64,000 nucleotides of DNA, taken from contig MU053482.1 in the NCBI GenBank assembly GCA_013239625.1, forward strand, positions 595,168 to 659,167, read 5' to 3'. A model generated the notes under the pieces. That model saw only the letters and a list, made by a program, of their open reading frames with translations, had not been told where the DNA came from and searched no databases. This document shows positions 36,966 through 50,362 of the stretch, in pieces. How positions within the stretch are numbered: position 1 is the first letter of the stretch; each line of letters opens with the position of its first letter. Both the position numbers and the translations under genes were made by a program. This DNA is from Lama guanicoe. Taxonomy: Eukaryota.

Positions 36966-39142
36966 CTGCAACATGAAGAAAGACTTTCATCATTTTGGTA
37001 GAGACTGAAATTTAAGAGAGATGCTGTGTCTCTTTTCTGCTCATGTTTTAGCAAATCCTGTTATTTTTTTGTTGTCTCAAAATGGGGAGACCCTTTAGGA
37101 CACCTGGGTGACTGTGGTCCAAAGAGGGCCTCTTCAGCCTTTGAAATCCCATAGCTGTTGACCTCCAAATAAGTTAGGAAGGAACCAGACAGGTGGGACA
37201 GAAGCTGCAGCTGCTTTTTCTTTCTAAGACTTAGGACTAAGCCTGCTGAGCTAGAATTCTCATAGTTGTCAGTTCAAAGACATAGACAAAGTCATGTAGA
37301 CTCCTCAATGATAGACAGTTTGCTTTAGATTTGGATAAATGTTGTTGTCACTGGGAGCTGAGGAGGGAGTCAGTGTGTGTCCTGTTACACTGTCAGGCTC
37401 CCTTCCCTCTTCACTCTGCCTGAGTAAGCTGTGCTGGGCGTTGTGTAGGAGTTGAGCATTCCAGCAGACATTCTTCAAGATGACCTTCCCTGAAGGGAGC
37501 TGGCAGATTACTGATATATCCTTATATTAGGAGATGATCTGCCAGTGACTTGGGAGCATCAGTTTTTACCCCAGTGGACACAGCCTTTGATCATGAAGCA
37601 GAAAAATACAAGTAAGATTTTTATATTGACTAGAGAAAGTATGATATGGAAATCAATCCATGTATTTAGTCCTTGCTAAAGACTAAGTCCCTGGATTTAT
37701 GTAACCTAATAAGTTGATCTCTGCTCAAGATAATGCAAAGGCCTTTAATAGGTCTAGATAGATCCAGAACACACTATTATCTTCCTTAGGAGGAAATCAC
37801 CTTTAAAGCTAAGGTGGGTGCCAAGATCCCTCCTTTCCACACCTGGCTAGAGTGTCTGAGAAGAAATCCTTTGAAGTCACCTAAAAAGTCAAACTTTGTG
37901 AGTTCTAGCAAGGATCTATTAATAGCCACAGAAGTACATCTTTATTCAAGACCATGTTTTGTCTTTTCATTGGCTTATTCTCTAAGAAAAATACATACAA
38001 AATAGTGTGTATATCTGAGCACTGTGTGTAAGGCATTTGTTCTGACAGTTTACAAAGGCAACAGGCCATTCTTTGTGGTTTGTGTGCCTCAGAGGTGATG
38101 CTGAGGTTATGTGAATGAAGAAAAAAATTAGAGGCATGGGTGGTAGGAAGAAAGATAAAGAGAAGACAAAATGTCCTTAATTCTTGTCAACTTTACTGAT
38201 GCCTACAGAAGAGGACTTGGGGGTTGGAGGTAGATTATTTGCCCATACTTTGCAGTGCTGAAAAGATTTTGACAGTGGTTTCTTCTCCTGTCTATCATAC
38301 AGTTTTAGTCTATTTCAATGACAAATTATAGAAATAGATTTAAAGAAGACAGGCATCTATTCATGAAAGGCACAAATTTCAGCAAAGTAATGCAGTGTTA
38401 AGGATTATAAATATATCCTCACTGCTCTGCCTGATTGAACTGCACTGGGTTTTAAACCAACTTAGAGTTAAAAGTATGGGTTAATATTTCAAAGTAGTTG
38501 TTTTCAATCTTCATTTTGCATAAGGATCACCAGAGGACATGTTAAAAATGTGGTTTCCTAGCCCCATTCATGGAGAACCTGACATGAGAAGTCTAGCTTA
38601 TTGCTGAGAAACTATGATTTTTATAAACACTACAATTTTCATTTTATAAACTCTGCCAAGTGTTCAATCACAGTGAAAAAACACTATTCTACAAAGGCAT
38701 TTTTAGTGGAGAAACGGCAGGAGTGTAAAAAATAAGCCTGCTCTTCCTGATGGACTGAAAATGAAGATAACTCATTTGAGACATTTTGCTTCTTAGTTTC
38801 CAACTGAAGTATTCTTTCTGTCTCAGTATTTGAATTAATACACTTGATGGTTCAACTATTGGATGCTAGAATATTTAACTAGGGATTTTTCAGAATTTAA
38901 CTTCAAAGGATAAAGAACTGGAAAGTGTTATAAAGAGCTATCAAATTCTTCAAGGAGGCAGGCAGGCTAGATCCAGAAGTGCTGCTAACATGTGGCCAAC
39001 TTTAATATGGTCTCCAGAAAGAGAGATCAAAAAGGATGTTGGAGAAAAATCATTAAAGAAACAACAGAAGAACATTTCCCAGAGCTTCCGTATGGCCTAA
39101 TTCTTTATAATAAAATTATGCGTCAAGTGTTGTGCAGAATTA

Positions 39143-39183
39143 GCAACAACGACAACAACAACAACAACAACAACAACTACAAC
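39143..39183. repeat. (AAC)n microsatellite
   Basis: Seen directly in the sequence. Confidence 0.9.
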
Positions 39184-39528
39184 TCTGGTTAGGTATATCC
39201 TGAAAATATTCTCATACTCTTAGAATAAAAAGTAAAGTGTTTATATATTAAAGAAATGACCAAACTGAGTTGTTCACTGATAACTTATAAGCAGACTGAT
39301 GTCAAAATTCCCAGCAGCAGCATGCTATTACTCCATGATATTACAGCACTATTTATAGAATTCTTAAGGAGTATAATTTGGAACCTAAGATTATCTGTCA
39401 GCCAAGTTAGCAAAGGATAAAGTAATGCTGATAGTATAAATAATTGTTGTAGAATGTAAAAATTAAAAACAATTGTAATTACAATTCCACTAGTTCAATA
39501 TAGGAAGTGGTAGTATATGTGATGATAA

Positions 39529-39577
39529 TGTGTGTGTGTGTGTGTTCTGTGTGTGTTGTGTGTGTGTGTGTGTGTGT
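39529..39577. repeat. Interrupted (TG)n microsatellite
   Basis: Seen directly in the sequence. Confidence 0.9.
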
Positions 39578-39799
39578 TTGGTGGTGATGAAAGTTAATAT
39601 GTACCAAGTTGACCGAAAATTATTTTTGAGTATATCAGATAAGAATGATGATTAGTTATGACATAAGGGTGATTACATTCTAACTAGTATAATAGTACAA
39701 CGAAATAAGTCTCAATAGGTATCACAAAGGTAGAAAAGAAAAAAGTTCAAACAAACAAGAAATATGGATACATGTAAAATAAAATGACAATAAACCATG

Positions 39800-40290
39800 T
39801 TTTCCATTCCTTTGCCAATAGAACTGTGTGCACATATGCATCAAGACATATACACTAGAATGTTTATAGCAGTACTACTCATAAACGTCAAAAACTGGAA
39901 ACAACTCAGATGGCCATTCACAGCCAAATGGGTAAATAAAGTATGGCATATTCATAAAATAAAATGTTTTACAATAATTGGAACAAATATCACAGCAACA
40001 CACAACAATATGGGTGATTCTCACAATTTTAAGTTTTGAAAGAGCCAAATACAGAAGAATGCATACCGTATGATTCCACATGAAGAAAGATAAACACCTG
40101 GCAAAACAAACTTATAATATCAGAAGTCTGAGCAGTGACTCGTGTAAACCTTTAGGAAGTAGAGAGGATTAATGATAAAAAGTAGACAGGGGTATGAGAG
40201 ATTGTTCTGGAATATAGGCAGTGTTCTAATAGTCCATTTGGTCATGCTTACGTGGTCATTCATTTTGTGATACTTCACTGAAGTGTAAAT
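39800..40290 (+). mobile_element. L1ME-like 3' end
   Basis: HMHQDIYTRMFIAVLLINVKNWKQ is an L1 ORF2 C-terminal-like peptide, followed by a 3'UTR. Confidence 0.75.
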
Positions 40291-40996
40291 GCTCGTATGC
40301 TCTAATCTGATGGCATGATATTCTATCTGGTTTGAGAAGTCATTGGCAGGTGGAGGAGGAAGGATCAAAGAGACCAAGAGAAAGGACCAAAGCAGTCTTT
40401 GTATTGTCCGTATGAGGACGGTCAAATCAACCTGTGCCCGTCCCAATTAAGTAATGTTGCAGGCAAATGTTTTTTGGATATTGGACTCAAATCTTCTACC
40501 ATGACATAAACAGAAAGCAGACAATTTCAGACCTTAAATGAAGAAGCCCCTGAGAACTTGCGTGTTATTTCTTGAGTGGTCTGAGAAGCCTGGACATGGT
40601 CAGTCTAAGTTAGATTTGAAGGTACAGTTGAACAGGAGTAGAGAAAGACTTGTAGTCTTTTGGGATAAGGGTCAGGTCACCGGGAAGTAGTGATCTTCAG
40701 AGACTGGCAGGTAGGCATAGGCTTATTAACTGACTAATCCTCTCTAAAAAGGAGCACACAATTCTTTCTTTAATTTCTTATTGTTTAAGAAATACACAGA
40801 AAGTAGTGTGGACACCAAAGTGACAGAACATGCATCATTGCATCAGATAAGAACTTGTATTTAGAAATCTTCTCTGACATCCCCTAACTCAAAGTTTCCC
40901 TTCTAACTATTACACGACCTCAGGTTCTGGACTTGTGTGAGTAAAGAGGGAGAACTGGGAGAATAGGCCTCTCAGCTGTATTCAGCAGAAATTTGT

Positions 40997-41485
40997 TGTA
41001 GAAGGGATATAATTGCCCGTGAATATGCCACCCCTAAATCTGCCACTTTGGCATGTGGATTGTTCTGAGCTGAAGGCAGTTAAGACTCAGCAGCCTCAGG
41101 AAAAGCTTTTTACGTCCCCTTGTACTGCCTAAAAGAATTTATATAGAGGGCCTGTACCAGAAAGAGCTATGACCAGAGATAACTTTTTGTATCAGCAAGA
41201 TGTAGCTGCATGGCATGGCAAACATTTATTTACCAGTCATTTGCTCTTCTCATCTTCCTGTGAGCTGTCTTCCTCCCTTTGAAGCCCCAGACCCGTACTT
41301 TCTACTCCTTAGCTTGGGATGGTATATATGCTTCAATTGCCTGACTGCCTTTGATTCTTCATGTCTTGGTGGGGATTCCATAATTATGTAATTAATTTGA
41401 ATTTTCTCCTGTTAATATGTTTTACATCAATTACATTATTAGACCAGCCATAAACTGTAGAAGGGAATTTGTTTCCTCCCCTATA
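40997..41485 (+). mobile_element. ERV1 solo LTR (MER34/MER39-like)
   Basis: 'atatgccacccctaaatctgccactttggcatgtggattgttctgagctgaaggca' near the start; ends 'gtttcctcccctata'. Confidence 0.7.
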
Positions 41486-41645
41486 ACTTTCTATTACATG
41501 AGTGCTTCCCAGGACACTATATTCCTAATGCAATTCAGGTTTCTCCTTATTTGTGAAGCCTTTGATTAATCTTCCAGCTCAAGTTAATATCTCTCCTCTC
41601 TAACAATATTAAAATGTTCTTGAGTCCTTTATTCCTAGAAAGCAG

Positions 41646-42165
41646 TGATAGTTAAAGAAATCCATCCACCCTTTTGTGTTTTGGGAATTAGTTTACTGCA
41701 AGGAGACACCTTTTTCCGAGGTGACTTAGATAAGACTCCCTTGTGTGTTCCTTTATTACTTATAATGAGTCCAGACACTGACCCTTTAAATTCCCATTCC
41801 TTGCCTCATAAATGGCTAGCTGAGCTGTTTCTCCCCCTGACAAATTGAAATTGCTTAAAACTAAATGTTAGTTAAGTGTCTCTCCTTTCCAGTTCCCTCC
41901 TTCTGGCCTAGCATACAAACTCTCCTTTATGATCCCTCCTACTAATAAAACATTCCCTGATCATCCCACTCCCTCTGGACTGTGTTCTTTCTAGCCTTGT
42001 CAACCCTTTCCCACAAAATCCCTTTCTGCCTGGCTTTTGAGATGCTTGCAGCTCTATGTTTGGATTGTTTTCTCTATTGCAATAGTCTCTTTCCCCTTAT
42101 TGCAATAAAACTTTCAAATAAAGTCTCTTTTTACATAAGTCTAGATTTATTTTTATTTGGTAATA
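41646..42165 (+). mobile_element. ERV1-type solo LTR (family not assigned)
   Basis: TG start, a U5-like 'ctattgcaatagtct...aataaagtctc' and a T-rich end. Confidence 0.55.
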
Positions 42166-42403
42166 CAAATTACCAAATGATTTGTTTGTTTCAATGATGT
42201 ACTCCCTTTTCCCCAGACTTGAAGCTGTTTATTGGAGCAATGAGAATGCCAGATTCATATTTATGTTCTTAGCATGCCCTAATCTGCTTTGTCTCTGACT
42301 GTTCCCTATGCCTATTTCCATCAATTTCTGTTTCTATTTTAGTCTCTGTGTGTGTAGTTGTATCTCCCTGTCTACCCCATTTCCCTCCTTTTCCTTCACC
42401 TAC

Positions 42404-42600
42404 CTGTCTCCTTGAGGCCAAGCTCCTGTCTTCAGGTTGCTCCAGAGAGACTAGTAAGAACGTGGAGTCGATTCCTTCACCACTAAGTATGGTAGTTTGC
42501 TGACTGAAATCTGCAGCCTAGATGTCTGCTCCCTCTGTGGTAGCAGGGACTGAATTCATACTCTAAGCAGGAAGGGAAAAACTGGTTTCACTTTTGTGTT
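42404..42600 (-). promoter_or_regulatory. Candidate GVIN1 promoter and first exon: IRF site followed by a strong 5' donor
   Basis: GGTTTCACTTTT at 42584-42595 (reverse complement AAAAGTGAAACC, IRF-E). About 180 nt downstream on the minus strand is donor CAG|GTAGGT (exon end 42404). Unique sequence between LTR and L1 blocks. Confidence 0.45.
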
Positions 42601-43179
42601 TGTGTTTCTTTAAAAACAACTCAACAGATTAAAGAATCCTGCTTGCTTTTGTATTTATATTTATATTTTGGTCCTTGGGTGTTAAAATTACAGCAGATAT
42701 AAGTCTAATGTTGGTGTGTATGTTTTTGTGTGTGTATATGTTTGTTTGAGTATCAATGATGAGGGTGAGGTGAGCACCAGAGAAAGAACATGGCAGAAAC
42801 AGAGTAGGGAAAGAATTTGGAAGGAGACACTTGGGCATATTAGAGTGTCTTCCTCAGGGAAATTGCTTTAACTGCTTTAGTGTTCTAGTTCTCAAGTCAC
42901 CCAAGGATAAAGAGAGAAGCATGCTTCCCATGCGAGTGGAACCTGTTAGTTTTTATATCCTGTAAAAGACCTTGCTAGAATTAGCTGTTTTTCTTGTGGT
43001 TGATTTGAAGATTAACAAAATTTCCAACATTATTAGCTGGCTTGGATGACTCAGCCCTAAAGTGAACTTAAACTCTTAAAAGTATATTATTTGCTTATGG
43101 TGAGAAAGAGAATTTCACTGTTTTCTATATTTTATATTAGAGCTTTTTAGTAATGTTAAAAATCTGGCTGTTTTCTTTG

Positions 43180-44980
43180 ATTAGGGAAAGTAAAGATGAG
43201 TTAAAGAAATGGAAGTATATCCTATGCTTTGTATTAGAAGAATCATTATTGTTAAAATGGCCATCCTGCTGAAGGCTATCTACAGATTTAATGTGAACCC
43301 TATCAAATTATCCATGACATTTTTCACAGAACTAGAACAAACAATCATAGAATTTATATGGAATCACAAAAGACCCAAAATTGCCAAAGCAATACTGAAG
43401 AAAAATAATGAAGCTGGAGGAATAAGCCTCCCCAAATTGAGACAATACTACAGAGTTACAGTAATCAAATAGCATGGTATTGGCATAAAAACAGACATAT
43501 GGATCAATGGAACAGATAGAGAGCCGAGAAATAAAGCCACAGACCTATGGTTAATTAATCTTTGACAAAGGAGGCAAGAAATACAATGAAGAAAAGACAA
43601 TCTCTTCAGCAAGTGGTGTTGGGAAAACTGGATAGCAGCATGTAAATCAATGAAGTTAGAACACTCCCTCACACCATCCACAAAAATAAACTCAAAATGG
43701 CTTAGAGACTTAAATATAAGACAACACACGATAAACCCCCTAGAGGAAAACATAGGCAAAATATTCTCTGACATAAATCTTAGCAATGTTCTCCTAGGGC
43801 AGTCTACCTACGTAATAGAAATAAGAGAAAAAAATTAACAAATGGGACCTAGTTAAACATGTAAGTTTTACATAGCAAAGGAAACCATAAGCCAAACAAA
43901 ATGTCAACCTATGGAATGGGAGAAAATATTTTCAAATAATGTGACTCACAGAGGTTTAATTTCCATAATATAGAAACAGCTCATACAACTTAATAAGAAA
44001 AAAACAAACAACTCAATCCAAAAATGAGCAGAAGACCTAAACAGTGAATTCTCCAATGAAGACAAACAAGTGGTCAATAGGCACATGAAAAAATGCTAAG
44101 TATCACTGATTATCAGAGAAATGGAAATCAAAAGTACAATGAGGTATCACCTCACACCAGTCAGAATGACCATTATTCAAAAGTCAACAAACAATAAATG
44201 GTGGAGAGGGTGTGGAGAACAGGGAACCCTCCTACACTGTTGATGGGAATGTAGTTTTGTGGGGCCATTATGGAAAACAGTATGGAGATTACTCAAAAAA
44301 CTAAAAATAGACTTACCATATAATCCAGCAATCCCACTTCTGGGCATAGAATTCCTGGGAGGGAACTGTAATTTGAAAAGATGCATGCACCTCAATGTTC
44401 ATAGCAACTCTATATACAATAGCCAAGCCAGGGAAACCACCAAAATGTCCATCAACAGATGACTGGATAAAGAAATACTGGTATATTTATACAATGGCAT
44501 ACTACTCAGCCATAAAAAGAATAAAATAATGCCATTTACAGCAACATGGATGGACTAGTGATCGTCATTCTTAGTGTAGTAAGCTGGACAGGGAAAGAAA
44601 AATACCATTAGATATCACCCATATGTGGAATCTAAAAAAAGAAAAAAGAGGACAGTAGTGAACTCACCTACAAAACAGAAGCAGACTCAGACATAGTAAA
44701 CAATCTTATGGTTACCGAAGGAAAAGGGATGGGAAGGGATAAATTTGGGAGTTTGAGATCTGCAAATATAAGCCACTATATATAAAATTAGATTTTAAAA
44801 AAACCAAGTTTCTTCTGTATAGCAAAAGAAACTATATTCAATATCTTGTAATAACCTTTAATGAAGAAGAATATGAAAATGAATATATGTATGTATATAC
44901 ATGACTGGCACATTGTGCTGTATACCAGAAATGGACACATTGTAACTGATTGTACTTCAATTGAAAGTTTTTTAAAAAAG
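43180..44980 (+). mobile_element. Relatively young 5'-truncated LINE-1 (ORF2 C-terminus + 3'UTR)
   Basis: [35 protein letters not shown]...[10 protein letters not shown] (43209-43472) and further ORF2 peptides. Complete 3'UTR ending 'tgtacttcaattgaaa'. Confidence 0.93.
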
Positions 44981-46789
44981 AGCATAGTAAACTTACATTT
45001 TATGACCAAAAAAAACTGTTTTCCCTCAAACCTAAATCCCATTTAAAACATTTTGTTTAATTGATTATTATCTTACTCCATGATCTAATTCATTTTGATA
45101 CTGCTTGTAGATCAGAACCTTCTGTTCCATTATTTTTCTTCTGTTTCAAACTCTGTGTCTGACACATGCATGTCTTCCAGGTAAACCTCAAACTCATTTT
45201 TCCCAGTTCTTCTAGAAATTCTACCCACATCATTTCACATTTCCCCTTTCCACTCCCAGCACAGCCTCACATCTCCACTACATGGACTTACACTGAGCTC
45301 TTCTGAGCTGTGCTCTCAGAGCACTAATTCCGCTCTTATGATGCACCTGTCATTGTGCTGCACTGTAGCTAATTCTTGTCTGTCTGATTTCTTTCATCCC
45401 CCAAACCTCAAGCATCCCACCTCCCTGTGCTGCTTCCAGTTTTGGGGGATCTGTTACTCATCTTTATATTCTTAGTTCCAGACATAGTGCATGAAATATA
45501 TAGATGAGCAAGATGTATGATGATTGAAATAAGGAAATTAGCATATCTGTCTGAGGTTGTTTCCTCAGTTGTATGTGAGGCTATTAGTAGCTATTTCAGT
45601 GAGTTGACATGAAGCACAAAGGTGTAAGGAGGGCTGGCATGGTGTCCTACCAATAGGACTTACCTTCTCCTACTTTTAGAGTAGGAACACAGGTGTTATG
45701 TAATAAGCAAGAGTTTTAATGTCAGTCATTAATTTGAGTCCAGGATCCAATAGTTACTAGCTATATTAGCTTACGTCTTGGGTGTGAGGAGGGTGACCTA
45801 AGTAAAGAGAAGCAGCTGAGTGGTGGAATGAATTTGTGCCAGTAGCACAATCTCCCTCACGTAACATTATTGAGGCTAAAATGGGATAGGTGAATCTCAC
45901 CCAGTGCTTGGCCTGAAGCAGATATTCAAATACGAATTCTTTTTTTCCAAGCATGTCATTGGTTTGAAGATCAAATCTATCAGAAGAAACATCAAGGGGA
46001 GTGTCTCCAGCTGCAGTGTTCCCTTCAGCGTTTAATTTGAACCTCTGAGTATTCCCAATGTATAAATTAGTGAGTAGGGTAAAGTAATCCCATAGACTGA
46101 AAGTCAGATTCACGAACAAGTTCATTTCACAACACAGCTGCCTCTTGTTACTCAGGTCAAACCCCCATACAAAGAACAGACTTTTGGTTTCATTTCTCAG
46201 TTTTGTCTCAGTTCCAGGAAATGTTTGTTTTTATCGTGAACAACAGTTAAGTGATTAGTGAATGTTTTTGTAAGATATTTTCTCTCAGCCTTTTTCCCTT
46301 TTTTTTTCTTTTTTACTGCCAGTTTTTAACTAAAGTTCTCTTTGAAAAATTCTAGCCTTATTCTGAATAAACTGAGGGAAAAGGAATTCACCCAGACCTC
46401 CCCAGTGATACTAGAGAGAGCCAATGACCCATCCAGGGGCCCATCTAGGTTGGAACTCAGGTGAGGCAAGAGAGGAGCCTCGGGTACAAGGGAACTCAAG
46501 AGTGAGGGAGTGTTCAAATTTTGCAGTCTAGGTGCCTTACTTGCTTCATCCTAATTTCAACCCTGTTTTTAGCTTTGACTAAAAATCCTGAGGAGTGGGC
46601 CACTCCATCTCTAGCCATTGATTATAGAGAGAAAGGCAGCTGAGGCCACCGGGTCTCTCCTGCCTGGCCTTTTTCACTCCTTCTTTCCTCTAGCTGGCTC
46701 ATCTTCTACTTGGAGAATATATCTTTTAAGGGACTGTGTTAGCTTCTTCTGAAATCTGGTGAGTGACTCTTGCCAACAAAGTAAGGGGT

Positions 46790-47331
46790 CAGGGAATATT
46801 TTTCCTCTTTCCCTCTTCTTTCTTTTAGCTGGTCAAATAATTAAAATGATATAAGACAGATTATCAGGAGAAAGTCAAATTTAACACATGTATATGGAGA
46901 ATTAAGCATAAGAAATTCAAAAGACAATAAGGCAAGATGAAGTATTTTTATACATCATATTGGACTAAGGAGAAGGAGATAGGGGTCTGAGACTTGAAAG
47001 GGAAGTAAGGTAATTCACAGGGAGATGTAGAGATTTGATATTTGTTAGAGAATGTTTGCTGGGCCATCTAGGAACAATGGGACACAGAGAGGACTTTGAT
47101 CAAACTGGCCTTGCTAAGTCCTCCCTGTCTACCAGGGTGTACTAGTTCATAGTACACTATAGTTATTTATAGTGATACCCCTCCTGGAACAGGATGTCTA
47201 TTAAATTCATTTAGAAAGTTAAGTGGAAGTTCAAAGGTTCTTCCTGAGTCTTTTGGGACTTGCTTGTTTTCAGCTGAAAATAATCTGCCTGCCAGAGTGG
47301 TACTGCTTTGAGCATGCTGCCCTAACCCCAT
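46790..47331 (-). mobile_element. ERV1 LTR (MER34-like), related to the 40997-41485 LTR but in the opposite orientation
   Basis: 46829-46877 is similar to the reverse complement of 41401-41448. The right end resembles the reverse complement of that LTR's 5' portion. Confidence 0.65.
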
Positions 47332-47334
47332 GAA

Positions 47335-48000
47335 AAGAGTGAGACCAATAAAAATCAGATAGTCCTGGTGTTTTAGTAAAAACCCTTTCCTCCTTTGTTT
47401 CAACACCGATGTGTAGGGGCTTTCTCCACACCAAGCGATTCTGCAACACCGGCTGGGTGTCTTACAGTTCAACTTGATTCTGACACTATCTTCCTGGATA
47501 TAGTGTAAGATTTTATAATTTAAGGGCTTAGTCCCAGGAGACTGCTGTTGGCTTCAGATGTCAATTGCAAGCAGTAGGTCCCCTCAACTTCTGTATGACT
47601 TGGTTACAAATCAGAAGTTCCAAGACCTCCACTCCAGGTTTGATGAATTTGTTAGAGGAGTTCATAGAACTTAGGGAACAGTTACTTATGTTTACCAGTT
47701 TATTAAAGAATGTGATAAAGTATACAGATGAACAGTCAGATGATGAGATATGTAGGTTGAGGTCTGGGTGGGTTCTGAGCACCAGAGCTTCTGTCCCTGT
47801 GCAGTTGGGGTGCATCCTCCTCTTGGTATATGGATATGTTCACCAAACTGGAAGCTCTCCAAACCCCACAATATCATGATTTCTTAGAGCCTTTCTCATG
47901 TAAGAGTCATCTGTCATTAATTCTATTTCCAGCCCCTCTCCCCTACCTGGAGAATTGGGGTTGGAGGCATGAAATTACAAAATTTCTAATCATGGCTTTT
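47335..48000 (-). mobile_element. MER21-like LTR fragment
   Basis: 'gctgggtgtcttacagttcaacttgattctgacactatct...taagggcttagtccca...agactgc' is a MER21/MER4-group pattern. Confidence 0.7.
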
Positions 48001-48002
48001 GT

Positions 48003-48444
48003 TGTGGGACACAGTGGGGCAGCCAGTCGGTGATATGGTGATGTGCGGGTTTGTAGAAGAATTTACCAGATAAAGTATGGAAGTAGAAAGGAGTTTATTA
48101 GGGTGCACTGTCATGGACAATAGCAGAGCACACAGACAAGCGATGCTGTGTGAGTGCCAAGGCCAAGAACAACAGAAAAGTTTAATAGTTATGCTGCTAC
48201 AGGCAACAGCGGAGCATACTGGCAAGGGGTGTCTGTGTGAGCACCTAGGGCCAGTTTTTGGGGTATTTTATAAGGTCAGGTCACAGGGTTCCTGATCGGC
48301 TTGTGCACGAGTTGCTGATTAGTTGTAGGTAAGGTAGGAGCTTTAGGGTCCGTGAAAGGCAGTGGGGCTTGACTCTGATAAGGTAGGCGTTACCTGAGGC
48401 TATTAGTTTGTTAGGGGAAATACACCCAGTAAAGAATGTCAGAC
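48003..48444 (-). mobile_element. Younger LTR (TG...CA), probably lineage-specific
   Basis: tgtgggac...gtcagaca termini, minus-strand TATA (tttataa at about 48267) and AATAAA (tttatt at about 48094). Retains CpGs. Confidence 0.55.
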
Positions 48445-48449
48445 ATCAG

Positions 48450-49680
48450 CCCAGGAATGGGGATTGTTGGACTTTGAAGGACATTATTTGGCCCAATATT
48501 CCTCCCTGACAGATTGGCAGGGACAAATCTTTGGAACAGGGGCAAAGGCCTCTTCTTCTGTATCTACCTCCTGCTGAACTCTGGGCATTGTGCCATCCCT
48601 GCCTATCGTGGCAATCTTTTTGGGGTTATGGAGCATCAACATCCCGATAGCCTCAAAGGTGAGAGCAGGAGACATCAGTGGCATCCAAGGGCTGCATCAC
48701 CAGGATGTTGGCTTGGTTCATGGTGGCAGTTGGGTGTGTTTATTCCTAAGTTCAGGAATCTTGGACTTCAAAGAGAGACAATCATTTTTGTAAGAGGAAT
48801 ACAACACAAAAGTAGGTGGATGCCAAGATAAATAGCTTAACCCAGTAAAACAGAGGATATTTGAGAATGTCTGAAAAAAAAGACCTTATCCCTTCAGAGA
48901 TCTAGGAAAAGGCATTGGAGAACCAGGCAGAGACCTGTTCAGTGACTACTTTTCTGTAAGCATTGACATACCTGACTCATTGTGGGTAAGAGTGTAGCAC
49001 TCAGTATGTGTAACTGTGAATGGGTCCCTTTGGGTGGGATGTTAAAAGCCATGTGGTTTTGTAAGACAGCTTTCCTTAATAGCCAAAGTAGATGTCACCA
49101 TTAATGATCTTAGTGTTTTTCTGGATATAAGGAGATGCAAGAATTTGGGTTCATAAAATATCCTCAAAATGTCTATCTGAAGGCCTCTTTTGCCAGTTTC
49201 CCCAGAGTACAGAGTGCCTCATTCTTGATTTCCACCCTGAACTTTCAGGCTGCGCTGAAGGTCAGCAACTTTACTTAATCCTTGTGGAGGCAGATGGCAA
49301 GTGCCCTCTTGATCATGTAGTTGACCATGGCTTGGAAGGCATTTCATGACCATTTCATCCCATGGTGCTAGGAGTGCTCATTCCTAGGTCAGGCGAGGAT
49401 TTTGTTGATAAGCCACTCAATGTGCTATTACTGGACTAGGCCTTATTTACAGTAGCAAAAATCTCTGGACCACCTGTCTTGCTGTCTGTTATGGGCCAGA
49501 AAAATATCCCTCTTTTTGCTCCTTCCTATATCTAGAGTTACACCATTATAATCAGAAATCTCCCATAGAACTGTATATCTGGTAACTGCTTCAAGTCATT
49601 ACTTCTTGCTCTGATTGAGCTTGAGTAACTTTTTATGCCCAGGGTTAGAGAAAGTATTAATTGGCCAGCTCAGAGAATCT
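48450..49680 (-). mobile_element. Mosaic of older ERV1 internal and LTR fragments, including a decayed env TM remnant
   Basis: The minus strand at about 49020-49075 translates KAVLQNHMAFNI, a degenerate immunosuppressive domain, followed by TECY. Confidence 0.55.
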
Positions 49681-49684
49681 CACC

Positions 49685-50288
49685 TGTTGCCAAAAGATCA
49701 GCCCCTGTCCCTAAGGAGTCAGATTGGAACTCAGAGACAGGATCTTGGAGCTTAGAAGAAAAGAGAGAGCTTTATTACTTTGCCAGGCAAAGGGGACTCA
49801 CAGCAGGCTAGTGCCTTCAAAACTGTGAACCCACCTTGGGGATGGGGTAGGATGATTATAACAGCCATAGCTCAAACAATAAAACATCGATAACAATCAA
49901 CAGAATCATTTTCTTGTCATAAGACTTAGAGTTGTGTCATGGTGCCGCCAGGTGACCAATTCTGTTGAGACTAGTGGTTGTCACTTTTTCAATCTCTTTA
50001 TTCATTAGCACCTGAGGCATGGTCTTTTTTTTTTCCTTCCCCTAATTTAGCTTATTTTGTAGGTTACAGTTCCGTGACCTTCTCTCTGGAGAAAGACTCA
50101 GAAACCAAGCATGATTATTACTTTCAGTTACTGCAATAAAGTAGAAACAGTCACATTAATAGCTTTCATTTTAACAATGGGCCTGGAACTGTGAGTAGCA
50201 ACCGATCAGTCAGATCAGTTCACCATTTTAAGCATAAAAGTAAGCAATCTGCTAGCCTAAATGTGACCATTTTATTGATTCTCCTTCA
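49685..50288 (-). mobile_element. 3' LTR of the class I ERV
   Basis: On the minus strand a polypurine tract agtggggatt is followed by TGAAGG... (50288) and ends ...GCAACA (49685). AATAAA at about 49770. Confidence 0.75.
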
Positions 50289-50362
50289 AATCCCCACTGT
50301 CAGTTTCTCTCATTCCATTTCTATGGAAATAGGGAGATGGGTGTCGTATCTGTCTGACTGCT

